In this document: positions 22,891 through 35,639 of the stretch, one piece after another
Layout of the letters: every line of letters begins with the position of its first letter
How positions within the stretch are numbered: position 1 is the stretch's first letter
From: Macrostomum lignano
Taxonomy: Eukaryota
Direction: 5' to 3'
DNA length: 64,000 nt
Assembly: GCA_002269645.1 (NCBI GenBank)
Contig: NIVC01001204.1
Location: 1-64,000 of the forward strand
The notes under the pieces: generated by a model
The model's input: only the letters and a program-made list of their open reading frames with translations
What the model was told of the DNA's origin: nothing
The model's database searches: none
Made by a program: the position numbers and the translations under genes

Positions 22891-23530
22891 TTGAATACAG
22901 CCCCAGCTCTCACGCTGACCAATGGAGACCGCATCGCGGTGTGCGAGGACTTCCGGTACCTCGGCGCCCTGGTGATGAGCCCCGATGCGATTGTCTCCGA
23001 CAGGAGGAATCAGGCCTGGCGCGCCGCTCACCTCCTCAGGAACGTTTTTAATTCAGCTGCCAGAGACGACCTGAAGGTGCGCCTGTTTCGCACGGCCGTC
23101 GAGCCGATTCTTCTGTACGGCATGGAGGCTGTGCCGCTGACCGAGACGCGAGAGCGAGCCCTGGACGCGCTTTACCGATCGCTGCTGCGCTACGCGCTGG
23201 GCGTGCACTATCCGGATCGCCTGCCGACCAACGCTCTGATGGCCCGCGCCGGAACTCCGCCCCTGAGTGCCATACTGCGCCGGCGCCGCCAGGCTGCTGG
23301 GCCACTGCCTACGGACCCTGGGTCGCGGCGCGCCCGTCCCTCTGGCCCTGGCCATGCTGCACCGGCCGACTGAACAATTGCGCCGTGGCCAGGCTCGCAC
23401 TGCCACCCTAATGAACTGCCTCATTGCGGACTTGCAGGCGCTTGAGCTGACCCCTCAGGCTGCTGCTGCCTGCCCCTCCCGCCTGTTCTGCGAACGCGTG
23501 CGCGCAAGGGGCCTCCCCTCTGCGTCTTAA
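22891..23530 (+). CDS. RTE ORF, 3' part (RT thumb and C-terminus), one frameshift near 23290
   Basis: NTAPALTLTNGDRIAVCEDFRYLG…RLFRTAVEPILLYGMEA…LRRRR/RLLGHCLR…LPSAS* continues the minus-strand ORF. Confidence 0.9.
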
Positions 23531-25349
23531 TATATATATATTTCACCCACCCTGCTGAGGCTCCCCGCAGTTCATCAGTTGCTCAGTTGCAAAACTCTGG
23601 TTAGTTATTTGTCAACCAAGTATTTTTCATTCAATCAATTATTTCAACCGCGAAAGATTTTCCATACGAAATTGAGCTTCAGCTGCAGCTGCTGTTTCTG
23701 GCTTTGCAGAAGGACGGGTAAATATTTTAAACACGCTGACTTGGTTCATATACCTATACTATACACGCGCAACTCCCCATTAAATGCGACTTACGTACTT
23801 ATAAAAGAAACCCGAGCAAAAAACGTAATCTTGAGTAAACGGTAGGAGTAATAACTTAAACTATTATTAAAGTTCAATGCCTCGTCATCTAGTTAGTACT
23901 ATTTTATTAGATGGCCATTTTTGGGTGGGCATTTGGCTGCCTCCCAGCCCCCCAGTGTAAATGACAAATTGCAAATTTATGTATAAGTTTGAGTGCAGAT
24001 TTGGTGCTGGTCTCTCATCACTCCAGTCGGTCCGGTCACCACCCGCCGTGCAGCAGCAGCGAGTCGGATTTTTTATGTCTGATGGGTTTCGACCTTAGGG
24101 CCCCTTGTTAGGGAAGCCTTCGGGCCTCAGGCTCAGAAACAAATCACTTAGAGACCTGGCCCCCCACTCCTGTCAGATGGTCAGCCCCATGGTAGCTTGA
24201 TCGTGTGACGAGCAGTCTAGGTCCTATAGCTAAGAGAGGGACAGCGAGAGACGAGCAGGGAGAATTTCGAAGGTAGAAATTAGCTAATCCGCAGATCAAC
24301 TAACTCGCTGCCACCAGCCCGTGCGCCCTGGCTCACCACACCGGGGCTCTCGAAATCGGGCTTCCGACTAGAAGGGGCTTTGCACTTACCTGCCAACTAG
24401 TGTCTTTTTGCTGTCAATCTCGAAGTCATAGCCGATGGTAAGGGACACTGCTGGGACTAGATCGCATTGGCCATGCAGGTACAGAGGGGACTTGTGCAGG
24501 GGATTCTTGCAGTGGCGAGTCTATGGGGTAGCTACATGTACTATTACATTGCTAAATACGAAGGTATGTACTTTTGGCCTTCAACGCGCCAACTAGCCTC
24601 TCCTAGCGCTGATGATAGGCTAACTCGAACTTCAGAGACCTCGCATGATTCATTACCCGAGCCGCTTGGCTAACCTAGAGTGCACAAAGTACATCTCTGG
24701 CGCCGATTCTGCACTTCTGGCAGTTTTGCTCACTGATTTGATAGATTGATCGACTGAGAACTGCCTTGCCATTGGCCCACTGTGACCGGCGCCTACTAGC
24801 TTAGCTACTCATCTGAGCCATCGGCGAACAAAGAAACAAAACCGATAAAAATAACTGTTAGATTTAACCTTCTCCTCAATTCACTTCACACCTCAGATTG
24901 AATTGGAGTTTCAGACTACTAGCCGTATTATTGAATGATTTCTGCCTCAGCAACAGCACTACTGAACAAGATTAGCAAAAGTGTGCGCCTAATTCAGCTA
25001 CTGAAACCGGGGACAGATAGGGGATCACCCAATCAAGCAAGTCTAGGTAGCCTCTCACCCAACCAATCAGAAACCCAACAGCCGGAGACCAGGTAATCCA
25101 CAGTGACCGAATCGGCTTGATGCTTCGCAGCTGTTGGCTCGGGATGATGCTGTCACAATCTTCGCTGTTAGCTAGCAGGTGATGATCTTAACTTGATGTT
25201 CGCTGCTGGTGGCCGGGGGACTCGTCCTTGATGATGATGGGGGGGGGAAGTCGCAATCCGGGGATCAAGAAACGACGGTCAGGCTCCGGGAGGTCTCAAG
25301 CGAGGCCAAGTTCCCAGGAGGTTGGAGTCCGAGCGCGCCAAAAACTCCG

Positions 25350-25460
25350 GTTTAAATAGCCGCCAACTGGACCGCAGTTTGTTATAATGGAACACGTCGA
25401 TTCTGATTGGCTGAGCCGATTTGTTAAAATGAGCGCCGAATTTTCTGATTGGCTAAGCTT
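25350..25460 (-). promoter_or_regulatory. Promoter-like cassette: two CCAAT boxes (agccaatcag) and TATTTAAA
   Basis: ctgattggct occurs twice and tttaaata once on the + strand. No downstream ORF was identified. Confidence 0.3.
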
Positions 25461-26389
25461 GTTGCTACCCAGAATCACGTGACCGGGAGATCCTATCAGT
25501 TCCCACAGGGTCGTAAAAAGATGACAGGTGCGGCCATAAATCAATCAAAATCGCAACAAAATGATTTATGACTTTTCGCGTAGGATTGACAGAAATTAAT
25601 GAAAAAATATACATTAGAAAGCTCTTATTAAATAGAAAGTGAAGATAATGAAGAGAAATCGCTAATTGCTAATCCCAAAGTTCTTTTAGGGGTAAAACGC
25701 ATAGCTGTCAAAGCTGTCACACGCATGAGTGAATCCGAACAATAGGCTCTGACCTCATAAATCTGGTGGCCTGTCAAAAACGATGAGAAAAAAGCTATTA
25801 TTCGCATCCCCTCAGACCATCTGGCGTCAGCCTCAACACTGAGTGAGGCGCAGGTGGCTGTCAAACCGGCTTTGAGAGCGATGATTTATGACCCAAAAAG
25901 TTACCCCTATGCTATTATGACTACTAGTATGACCAAACATTATATCTAGTATAGATTTCAAGTTAATTTGCAGAAAAAAGATAAAAATGCCCAAAGCCTG
26001 CTATGAGTAGGCTAGTAAGTTTTAGAGCCCATGTGCTAGCGCGGGATTTAGGAAAAAGTGTGTCCTCATCATGTCTATGGTCAAAGATTGACCCATGCGA
26101 CTTCATGTAGGTTACAATAATTAACGCATCAAATGGTAAGTCAACTGATCAAGATCAATTCAAATTCAATTCTATTCAATCAGTAATAGATTGAAAACAA
26201 TCAGGGGCGGATTTAGGGGGGGGCGGGGGGGGCGGCTGCCCCCCCCCAAAATAGCTTGACCGAACATATTGCGGCCCCCAAAACCAAAATTTGCGCCCCC
26301 TAAACGTGATTTTTCGCCCCTAAATGCCTTTTTAGCGCTCCTAAGCTTGATTTCACAACAAGTTGAAAACAGTGCCGAAAAAATGCACA

Positions 26390-28414
26390 CACAACTTGAT
26401 TTAAATTGCGTAACCATATTGCTAACTTAAATTGAGACTGATACTGGCTGACTGAGAAATTGATTATGTCATAACTTTTTACTCTAACCGATTTGCTGAA
26501 AGTATTGAATTATAAGGGCCACAATTCATGTTCTCCAATTGAAAAGAGATAGTCTAGATGCGAACAGACTGGACTGCTAATGAAGTGACCTGGGTTCGAA
26601 TCTTAGTAGTGGAAAATGATTTTTTTACTAAAACACTTTGAAAACACAAAATGCTAAACATAAAAGAAGCGCAATGTCAAACATAAAAATGGCACCATTT
26701 CAAACATTATAGAGCCACCATGTCAAAAATAAAAGAGCCACCATGTCAAAAATAAAAGAGCCACCATGTCAAACATATGTGACTCCATGTCAAACACTAC
26801 AGAACCACCATGAAGAACATTAAAGAGCCACCATGTCAAATATTAAAGAGCCACAATGTCAAACATTAAAGAGCCACCATGTTAAACATAAAAGAGCCCC
26901 CATGTCAAACATATATGTGACTCCATGTCAAACAGTAAAGAGCCACCATGTCAAGCATAAAAGAGCCACCATGTCGAACATAAAAGAGCCACCATGTCGA
27001 AAATTAAAGAGCCACCATGTCGAACATTAAAGAGTCACCATGTCAAACACTAAAGAGCCACCATGTCGAACATAAAAAAACCACCATGTCAAACATAAAA
27101 GAGCCACAATGTCAAACATTAAGGAGACACCATGTCAGACATTAAAAAACCCCAAATCAAACATAAAAGAGCTACCATGTAGAGCATAAAGGAGCCACGA
27201 TGTCAACATAAAAGAGCTACCATGTAGAGCATAAAGGAGCCACGATGTCAACATAAAAGAGCCACCATGTCAAACAATAAAGAGCCACCATGTCAAACAC
27301 TAAAGAGACACCATAAAACATAAAAGAGCTACCATGTAGAGCATAAAAGAGCCACGATGTCAACATAAAAGAGCCACTATGTCGAACATAAAAGGGCCAC
27401 CATGTAGAACATAAAAGAGCTACCATGTAAGACATAAAAGATACACAATTTCAAACGTAAAAGTAAGCGTCATGCCAATTTTAAAGGAGCCACTATAGAG
27501 CTAAGGGAATTGTTGCACTAGCTACTTATTGTCTGGTGGATGCTTACTATTTGGGGATGCTTGCTATCTGGGGGGTGCTTGCTATCTGGGGGATGCTTGC
27601 TATCTGGGGGGTGCTTGCTATCTGGGGGATGCTTGCTATCTGGGAGGGGGGGATGCTTGCTATCTGGGGGAATATTAAAGAGCCACTATATCGAACATTA
27701 AAGAGCCACCATGTCGAACATAAAAGAGCCACCAAGAAGAACATTAAAAAGCCACCATGTCAAACATTAAAGAGCCACCATGTCAAACATTAAAGAGCCA
27801 CCATGTCAAATATTAAAAAGCCACCATGTCAAACATTAAAGAGCCACCATGTCAAAAATTAAAGAGCCACCATGTCAAACAATAAAGAGCCACCATGTCA
27901 AACAATAAAGAGCCACCATATCAAACATTAAAGAGCCACCACGTCAAACAGAAAAGAGCCACCACTTTAAACAGAAAAGATACACAATTTCAAACGTAAA
28001 AGTAAGCATCATGCCAATTTTAATGGAGCCACAATGGAGCTAAGGAAATTTTTGCACTAGCTACTTATTGTCTGGTGGATGCTTACTATTTGGGGATGCT
28101 TGCTATCTGGGGGATGCTTGCTATCTGGGGGATGCTTGCTATCTGGGGGGTGCTTGCAATCTTGGGGATCCTTGCTATCTGGGGGATCCTTGCTATCTGG
28201 GGGATGCTTGCTATCTGGGGGATGCTTGCTATCTGGGGGATGCTTGCTATCTGGGGGATGCTTGCTGTCTTGGGATGATTTCTCTTTGCATTGCACTTTA
28301 TTTGAGCAGTTTGTCTGTTGTCTTTGTGAAGGCTTTTTTTGGCTGTCTTTTTGTTACTCGTAGAGAATAGAGATTCTATCCAGATGTCCCCCAATGGGGG
28401 GCGAAGATTGCTAG
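26390..28414 (+). mobile_element. Helitron-like non-autonomous element 3 with 22-23-bp and 18-bp minisatellites
   Basis: Shares ttgatttaaattgcgtaaccatattg…gactgagaaa with 17644-17715. 3' hairpin ccccc-aat-ggggg, then cgaagattgCTAG|T at 28411-28415. Arrays gagccaccatgtcaaacataaaa and ggggatgcttgctatctg. Confidence 0.65.
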
Positions 28415-28499
28415 TTATACTCTAAACCTTAAAATTGCACCCTGAAAGTGAGCATAGGGTGCGATTTTGTACCTTGTCTCTAGCAAAAAATAAAAGCCC

Positions 28500-29160
28500 T
28501 GCTCTCCTCCTCTATCCTCTTCTCTACTCTCCTTACCTCTCCTCTCTACTCTCTCCCCTCCTATATCTTCTTCTCTACTCTCCTTAACTCTCTCCCCTCC
28601 TATATCCTCTTCTCTACTCTCCTCAACTCTCTCCCCTCCTATATCCTCTTCTCTACTCTCCTTAACTCTCCTCTCTACTCTTTCCCCTCCTATATCCTCT
28701 TCTCTACTCTCCTTAACTCTCCTCTCTACTATCTCCCCTCCTATATCCTCTTCTCTACTCTCCTCAACTCTCCTCTCACTCTCCTCTCCCCTCTACTCTA
28801 CTCTCCTCACCTCTCCTCTCCTCTCTACTCTCTCCCCTCCTCTATCTTCTTCTCTACTCTCCTCACCTCTCCTCTCTACTCTTCTCTCCCCTCTACTCTC
28901 TGCTCTCCTCTCCCCCAGTCCCCCTCTACTCTACTCTCCTCACCTCTCCTCTCTACTCTCTCCTCTCCTCTCCCCCTCTACTCTCCTCTCCTCTCCTCAC
29001 CTCTCCTCTCTCCCTCTACTCTCCTCTCCTCTCCTCTCCTCACCTCTCCTCTCCTCTCCTCTCCCCCTCTACTCTACTCTCCTCTCCTCACCTCTCCTCT
29101 CCACTTCCCCTCCTTATCTTTCCTCTTCCTTCTCTACTCTCTCCCCACTCCCTACTCTGG
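28500..29160. repeat. CT-rich low-complexity tract
   Basis: Directly visible. Confidence 0.95.
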
Positions 29161-30899
29161 CCCGCAATCATGCGCTAAGTTATCAATCTGGCCCTTGACG
29201 GATTGAAGTAAAACTTTTGCCGACGCCTAAGTTAGTGGTACAAGCAAACTGAAACAAGCAAGGAACTATAATGACACTTATCTTCTGCGTTGACTCCAAA
29301 TTTGTAATGGAAGTAGAAAGTGTAGAAAAATAGTGAAAGAGTTGAAGTAGAAAGTTAGTAAGAAAATTATTGAGTAAGAGAGTAGGAAGGAAATTGAGCT
29401 TGAGTTGGAACTGAAGACAGACGTGTTTTAGACTGAAGAGACTGCAGACTGCAGAGTTAGAGATCGAGCTTTCAAACCGGTTCAAACCGGTTTATACTAG
29501 ACAGATTGCTTTGTCTGCTTTCTGGGAATTTTCCACGTCCTATTTTCCATTAAGGTGGTTACTGTTTACGGGAAGTGAGGAAAGAGACTCCGTGCACCTT
29601 AGAGGACATCTGAGTTCGCATCTCCTCATCCAATGGCAGATGACCAATGCTTCGACGACAAGGCCAATGAAAAAGAGCTCGTCCGTCCCGTTTAGTTTAA
29701 CAAAATAAAACATTTTTATTGCTTTTATTTTTGTATTTTCCCATTCCTTTTAAATAAAATATCACATGTTGTAACGTGGCGTAAAATTATTCTTTTTTCT
29801 CTTCAAACTGTAATTAATTTGCTTCGCGTCCTTGAACCGCACTACTAGTAGTGCAACAAGGATATGACAGGCAGAATCGTGTTTTATGCGCATTGCGAAT
29901 GATTTTGCGACTGTCATTACACCTTACTAGACTGGTCAGCAGAGGAAATGTGGTAGCAAATTAATCAATGCGACAGACACACTGCGCTGGAATACTGTTT
30001 ACAGCTAGCACACAAGACTAATAACAAACAGCAGTAGTGATATAATAGACTGTTGACATTTCACGAATACATGTAAATGTATAAGCATTTATGTTCTTGT
30101 TGATAGTCTGTCTGCCTTAGTAGTATAGTGTCTGTCTGTCTGTCACTCATTTTGCGCAAGACACCCAGACACTGCATGTAAAAAACTGCAAAAGGACTTT
30201 TAACAGCTTTGTCATCACAGACAGATCAACAGACAGACAGACAGACGGCTTTTGCAGCAGCTACTTGTCTACATGCCCCTAGGCGCTGGGTAAAAGCAGA
30301 AACTTTTGTAGTCTGGAAGAGTTCCTCCGAAACGGAATGCAAAGAGTAAGTACTTTCGGCTGATAAGCAAGTGTTTTCCCTACCTGCCGGATGCGACTTC
30401 GAAACTGTGATAATGATAGCCTCTCCACAGCGTCTTATTGATACTGGAGCACCTCCGACACTAACGCGGCCGGAATACCGACTGGTGGAAATAGGTTGCG
30501 ATTGCAGATTCCCGAAGGGCCGTTTATCTGTTCTGGACTGGCAGTTCATCAGACCTGGACAGTCTGGACTGGCGCTCATCGTTGCCGCAGGGCAGTTCAT
30601 CAGACCTGGACAGTCTGGGCTGACGCTCATCGTTGCCGCAGGGCCTGGGCCTATTATTAGCGGTATTTAGCTTTAATTGTTGCTGCATGTCTACGCCAGG
30701 TACTGACTGGGTGGCTTGTACAGGCACCGAAGCGTGTTCGCCGGGAGTAGAAGCTTCTTCTGGCTCTTCGTCGTGCTGTTGTTGTGCCTCTTCAGTAACG
30801 ACTGTAGAGTTGTCGGAAGCTGTTCGCAAAAAATCGTTTGCAAGGCTTGCAGATTCTTACTTTGTTGTTTGATAAACTCAACAAGGGATACTAGCTTTC

Positions 30900-33002
30900 C
30901 ACAGAATAGGGAGTTCCTAACTAACCCCATCCATCTTTCCGTATGACCTTCCGTGAAGCCAGCCGTCGATCGTGGAATCGACGAAAATTTTTTTCCTCCG
31001 AGGAGTACCGTCCCGGCACAAGCAAAATGCCACTCCAGATACGAAGGAACGGAAACGCCACATCAATTAGCTTCTTGGCCAGCTCAAGGCTGTAGAACGG
31101 ATTAGGAAATTCTGCGTTGGCTGCTTCTGCGTCAGACTCAGTGTCGAGCACAACTTGTTCTTCGATTCCTTTAGCCCAGTGCCAGAATGAAGTTGTGTGT
31201 GCATGATTGTGTCATCGACACGTTTGTACCAGCAGGTCTCTTGATGGACAAAGATTAGCATCATCGATCACGTCGTCAATTGCCTGCCGAAGTAGATCAA
31301 GAGCCTCTAAAACTGAACTTGACATCGGTTCTAGAAGAAGACAGAGAAATCTTTTCAACACTTGTTCAACTTGATAGAGGCTTGTGGAATGCTTTCTTCC
31401 AAGTACTCTGAACGTGCTTATTGCGACAGTTGGATACCTCCGGCCAGCAACAAAACTCGTAGACGATGTGACTTCTTCCAAACCCAATCAGGGTGAAATT
31501 TCGCAGTTCAATAGCGGGATAGCTGCGACTCAAGACGCAATGCAATCACGCAAGTAGGTCACAATATCCATGCCATGGAAGCCAGAAAGGACGGCGCGCA
31601 GAGCCGGTATATTGTAGTCAATTACAACCTGATCGAAGCGCAAACCTGAAACTGATGTTTTGGCTGATGTAGTCCAAAGGTCAACAATATACTTTAGTGT
31701 TGCAGCAGTCTTCGATGAAGACAACAATTCTACATCGGCAACGGGAGCTTCTTGTCCACGAGGATGGCGTAAGACTAACGCGTGATAATACAAATCATTC
31801 TGAAGGCTTCCCGGCAAACGTGGAATAGGCGCACCAGTAGAATCCATTCCTAGCATGATTGGCATGCCCTGTGACCGTAGGGCACGTAGGAGGTCAAAAC
31901 TACGATCATGCCAGAGCGGTACATAATGGGTTCACAAGCACCAATCTGTGTGGAGGCAGTACGCATGTACGCTGGTTGCATTGACAACCCCGTCGCCAGA
32001 AGGTCAAACAACGGATCATTAGATGCTCTGTCTTGTAGACGCTGTCTGCTAGCTGCAAGTCAGAGTGTGTTAGCTGTCGGTATTTCGGACATTGGAACGT
32101 TGCTAGCGGCAATTTCGGCGCGGACTTTAAAAGCATTTGTTGCTTCAACGCGCTGTGCAAGATCTACACGGCGGCTTCCACGCAAGAGCCGGGGTGCAGA
32201 GATATGATTACTGGGAGGCTTTAGCACGCGAAGCACCCAATGCAGCCTGGTCTCGTCTGAGACTAATTTGAACTCTGCGCTGCACTCCTTGCTGTCGCAA
32301 TACAGGTCAGCATTAATAACTCTATCGCCCATGTTAACTCGAAACCTGCGAGTGCACAAAGTGCAATTGACTTGGCAGGAAAATGCAGGAACAATGTCGT
32401 CTTGCCACCGCTGTTTTAGCCGTCCTTGCTCATTATCGAAAGATTGCTACACAAGCGAGTGACGAAACTCAGTAGGACTTGAAGTCGTGCCGATCGTACC
32501 AGAATCCAAAGCGGATCTAAAAATATCAAGAAATTCTTTCTGTAACTGAACAAATAGGCTTTTAGTTTTCACATTTGCATTTCTCCTTTCCCATATTTCC
32601 ATCAGCTTTAAATTAAGCACAATATTATCCCAGCCTACTTATCTATCTATCTATAGAGTATATGTGTAGAAATTTCATCTAGGATGACCAAAGATTATAA
32701 AACACTTACACTGAGTTGCCGGAAGCCATTTCGACTTCTGAAAGAGCATCTGCGAGTACATTTCCCCGACGTAATTGGTCATACAAAGCTCGACGAACTT
32801 GCTCGGATGTACCATCTAAACCCAACTGATTTGCAAGATCAGATACAGCACCGTTGGGCTGCCTCCAACTGGGAATGCTGCTAGAAAATAGATTGGGATC
32901 GACTTGGTCATTTAGGAAGACGCGCGCGATGTCAGAAGAAGAAGCTCTCTCGCCTGGAGAAAAATGAAAAGAGGGAAATAATTCAATATTTTGATTATTC
33001 AA
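30900..33002 (-). pseudogene. Degraded intron-containing MULE-like DDE transposase
   Basis: GMDSTG (D), LYYHALV, PVADVELLSS, VVIDYNIPALRAV (D), GRSH and NPFYS…LRIWSGILL, with a Cys-rich N-terminal part. A phase-compatible GT-AG intron lies at 32709-32517. Multiple stops and frameshifts. Confidence 0.55.
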
Positions 33003-33067
33003 TTAGTACCATTTGAGTTTAATAGAAAGAAAAAATAATTTAATTTATATTTTAAAATGAGATCGAT

Positions 33068-33559
33068 TCAACATGAATCTGACCACAGGTCCTCTTCAAT
33101 GGTTGTCGACACGGGCTCTGCCTTCCTCAATCCAGCGCCCTTGCCCTCCGCAGTAGAAATCTTCATGGCCGCGTCCAAAGCCTTTCTGCTCTCTTCGAAC
33201 TCGATGTCCGTCCAAATGCACCACTGACGGCGATACACATGGCGCATGTGGTGCTGTATTGACGAAAAGAAATCCTTTAATGTCCCAGCGGAGTAGCGAT
33301 CGTTCCTCTTTGTCCTGACCTCCAGAATGAAACTTTTCATTAGAAAGTTCAAATCGGACTTCGAGAACTCATCTGCGTCTTTCAGTACCATGAGCGCGGG
33401 TCCACCGTCGGAACACCAGAGTACTTTCTTCGCCGCATGCCACTCTTGAAAAGTAGCAAACATCCAGCGACATTTCTTTAGCGTGTTTGTTGGAACCGCT
33501 CCTTCGATGAGTGAACTGACTTCTTCGTCAGTCAGATTGACAAATTTTTCGGTAGCCAT
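33068..33559 (-). pseudogene. Crypton-type tyrosine recombinase N-terminal fragment (ZMYM/KCTD1-like)
   Basis: NTLKKCRWMFATFQEW…FILEVRTK…YSAGTL…IQHHM…FEESRKALDAAMK…GKG…KAEPVS…EEDLW. It is truncated before the catalytic domain. Confidence 0.75.
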
Positions 33560-34259
33560 TTTAACTAGCTAGCTAAGCCAAGCACTCGCGCTGTCTCTCT
33601 TCTTTTTACGAGCGCGTCTTTCATTTAGCGGTACAGTACCTTAATGCTAGTGTCTATGGCCATTTTTGCTTTTAGCTTTGTACTTATGCTATTCAACAGA
33701 GGGATACATATAATATTCCCCATTAATACCAAGTGTTAATTATGCATCATTGTTGACATACAGTTGCGAAATTCTTACCAATAAGTGATAGATTGGCGGA
33801 CTTTTCAGTTCAGCTGTAATTAAAATAGTACTCGTAATATTCGATGACGATAAGAAAGGTTTTGGATTATAACTTTGTGACAGCAGGAGTTGTTAAAATA
33901 TGAGAAATCAAGCTGGATAAAGAAGACACAATAAACAAGAGAAAACACTACAAGGAAATAGCCATATAGACTGCCAGGTAAAATTACTCTAAAGAATTTA
34001 CAAAATTAAAAGGTGACTTTAATACGTAATTAACATAGTGTCCCAACACATGTTTAAAGACACCAAAATAAAAAAACTTGCCTCAACGAAGCTTGCAGTA
34101 GCCTGTTGACATGCCACTTTAGCTGTAAAAAAACATTGAAGTAATTGCAATGAAGAAAGAAGAAAATTAAATTCAAGACTTAAAAAAGACATAGCACATT
34201 AATAAGATATAAAGCCTTAAGGACAGTGATTAAACAGTGCATCACAAAAATACTCTACA

Positions 34260-34395
34260 GCTGGTAGAGTTGGCATAGAGTTGGTATGGAGTTGGTATGG
34301 AGGGTATGGATTTGGTATGGAGTTGGTATACAGTTGGTATACAGTTGGTATGGAGTTGGTATGGAGTTGGTATGGAGTTGGTATGGAGGGTATGG
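34260..34395. repeat. 11-bp-based tandem repeat (ggagttggtat)
   Basis: Directly visible. Confidence 0.9.
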
Positions 34396-34651
34396 ACGTA
34401 TCCACTCGCACGGTACTCGATACTCGCAAACCCTCGCATCGCATCCGCCTTCTACTTCCCTTGAGGTGTGGTGTTTAGAAGAGAAAATAAGTAATCCTTT
34501 TCATGAATGGGTCTCCAGGGCTGCAAAATAACTTTGTTCCGCACCTAAATGGATACGCGACTTCTGCACCGCAAGGCCGATATCTCTCACAGCAGATGCT
34601 GAATGACAGCTTGATGACAAAAGTAAGCATGTAGAAGAAGAACCCGCGGCT

Positions 34652-34748
34652 TGGTCACCAGCAGAATGGGCGCCGTCACCAGCAGAATGGGCGCCGTCAC
34701 TGGCAGAATGGGCGCCATCACTGGCAGAATGGGCGCCATCACTGGCAC
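34652..34748. repeat. 21-bp tandem repeat (gtcaccagcagaatgggcgcc)
   Basis: Directly visible. Confidence 0.9.
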
Positions 34749-35419
34749 GATCTTTGTCTATTTGCGTTTCTCATCCCCCCTTATAGTTCTATCCCTGCCA
34801 GGGCTAGCTCGAGCCCCCCCCCTCTGTGTGGTCCCTGGGGCAGGGTTTGGGGGCTAGAGCCTCACCCATGGTCTTGGGGCGCCTCCCCTCTACCCCGACC
34901 CTTGTGCAAAGCGCTGAGCTCCCTGTCAACTTAGTAAGGGCCAAGACCCGCTGATAAGGAAGGGGCGCCGCATAGTTTTGTCAGCCGATTGGGGGGGGGG
35001 GCACGGCCCCCCTTGACCCCTCTGGCTAGGCCCCTGGCTGGGATACAGATGTGCTGTAGCTAGCCCAGTCTGCTATGAAAGGTCTAATTTTAGATCAGCT
35101 ACGATCTGTGAGCGGACACAGCAGGTATCAATAGATGTACTACTGGCAGTAAAGTGAGAGGGAAAATACAATAAAATACTTGACTATAGCTAGTTTCAAG
35201 AGATATCGCTTCCAGACCTGTTTTAATGAGTCTCCTATCACGAAATTTTCTGGCAGAAATTCCCTAATTTCCTACCGCAGGACGACAGCACATGGATATA
35301 CAAAATGTCTTATTAAGAGCTGCCTTACTGAACGAAAACTATGATTCATCACTACTTTCTCTCGGTTGGACTAGAGATCTTCATGGTTTCTGGGGACAAG
35401 GGGGGCCTGCTGTCTGGGC

Positions 35420-35635
35420 CTGGATGCTGCTGCTACTGCAGCCCGTGCTAGATCGGTATTTGCGGCCTGAGCTGAACGGTTTCCGGCCCCATCGCGGCAC
35501 AATGGCGTAGTCCTGGCTCTTCGCCGAGTCATCGAGGAAGAGGAAGTGTGGACCCCCCACTCGAGCCTGATTGCTCTCTTTATTGACTTGAGGAAGGCTT
35601 TTGACTCGGTCGTGAAGGCCGTGCTCCCATGGTGC
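35420..35635 (+). pseudogene. Short degraded RTE-like reverse transcriptase fragment
   Basis: LQPVLDRYLRPELNGFRPHRGT…LALRRVIEE…LFIDLRKAFDSV, cut off by the adjacent tandem array. Confidence 0.75.
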
Positions 35636-35639
35636 TTCG

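Larger units (their letters stand above)
20392..23538. mobile_element. RTE-type non-LTR retrotransposon with an inverted 5' part; TSD TATTTCACCC (20382-20391 / 23539-23548)
   Basis: The APE+RT 5' segment is on the minus strand and the RT C-terminal segment on the plus strand. It ends TAA plus a (TA)n tail, with a matching 10-bp flanking duplication. Confidence 0.92.

Noticed and set aside
23539-23586. Hammerhead ribozyme (minus strand CTGATGA…GAAA)
   Set aside because: Stem II cannot form next to the core, and no stems I/III were found.
34799-35036. hAT-like MITEs (also at about 26210, 29220 and 56508)
   Set aside because: CAGGG-type ends are visible, but paired TIRs with an 8-bp TSD could not be verified.
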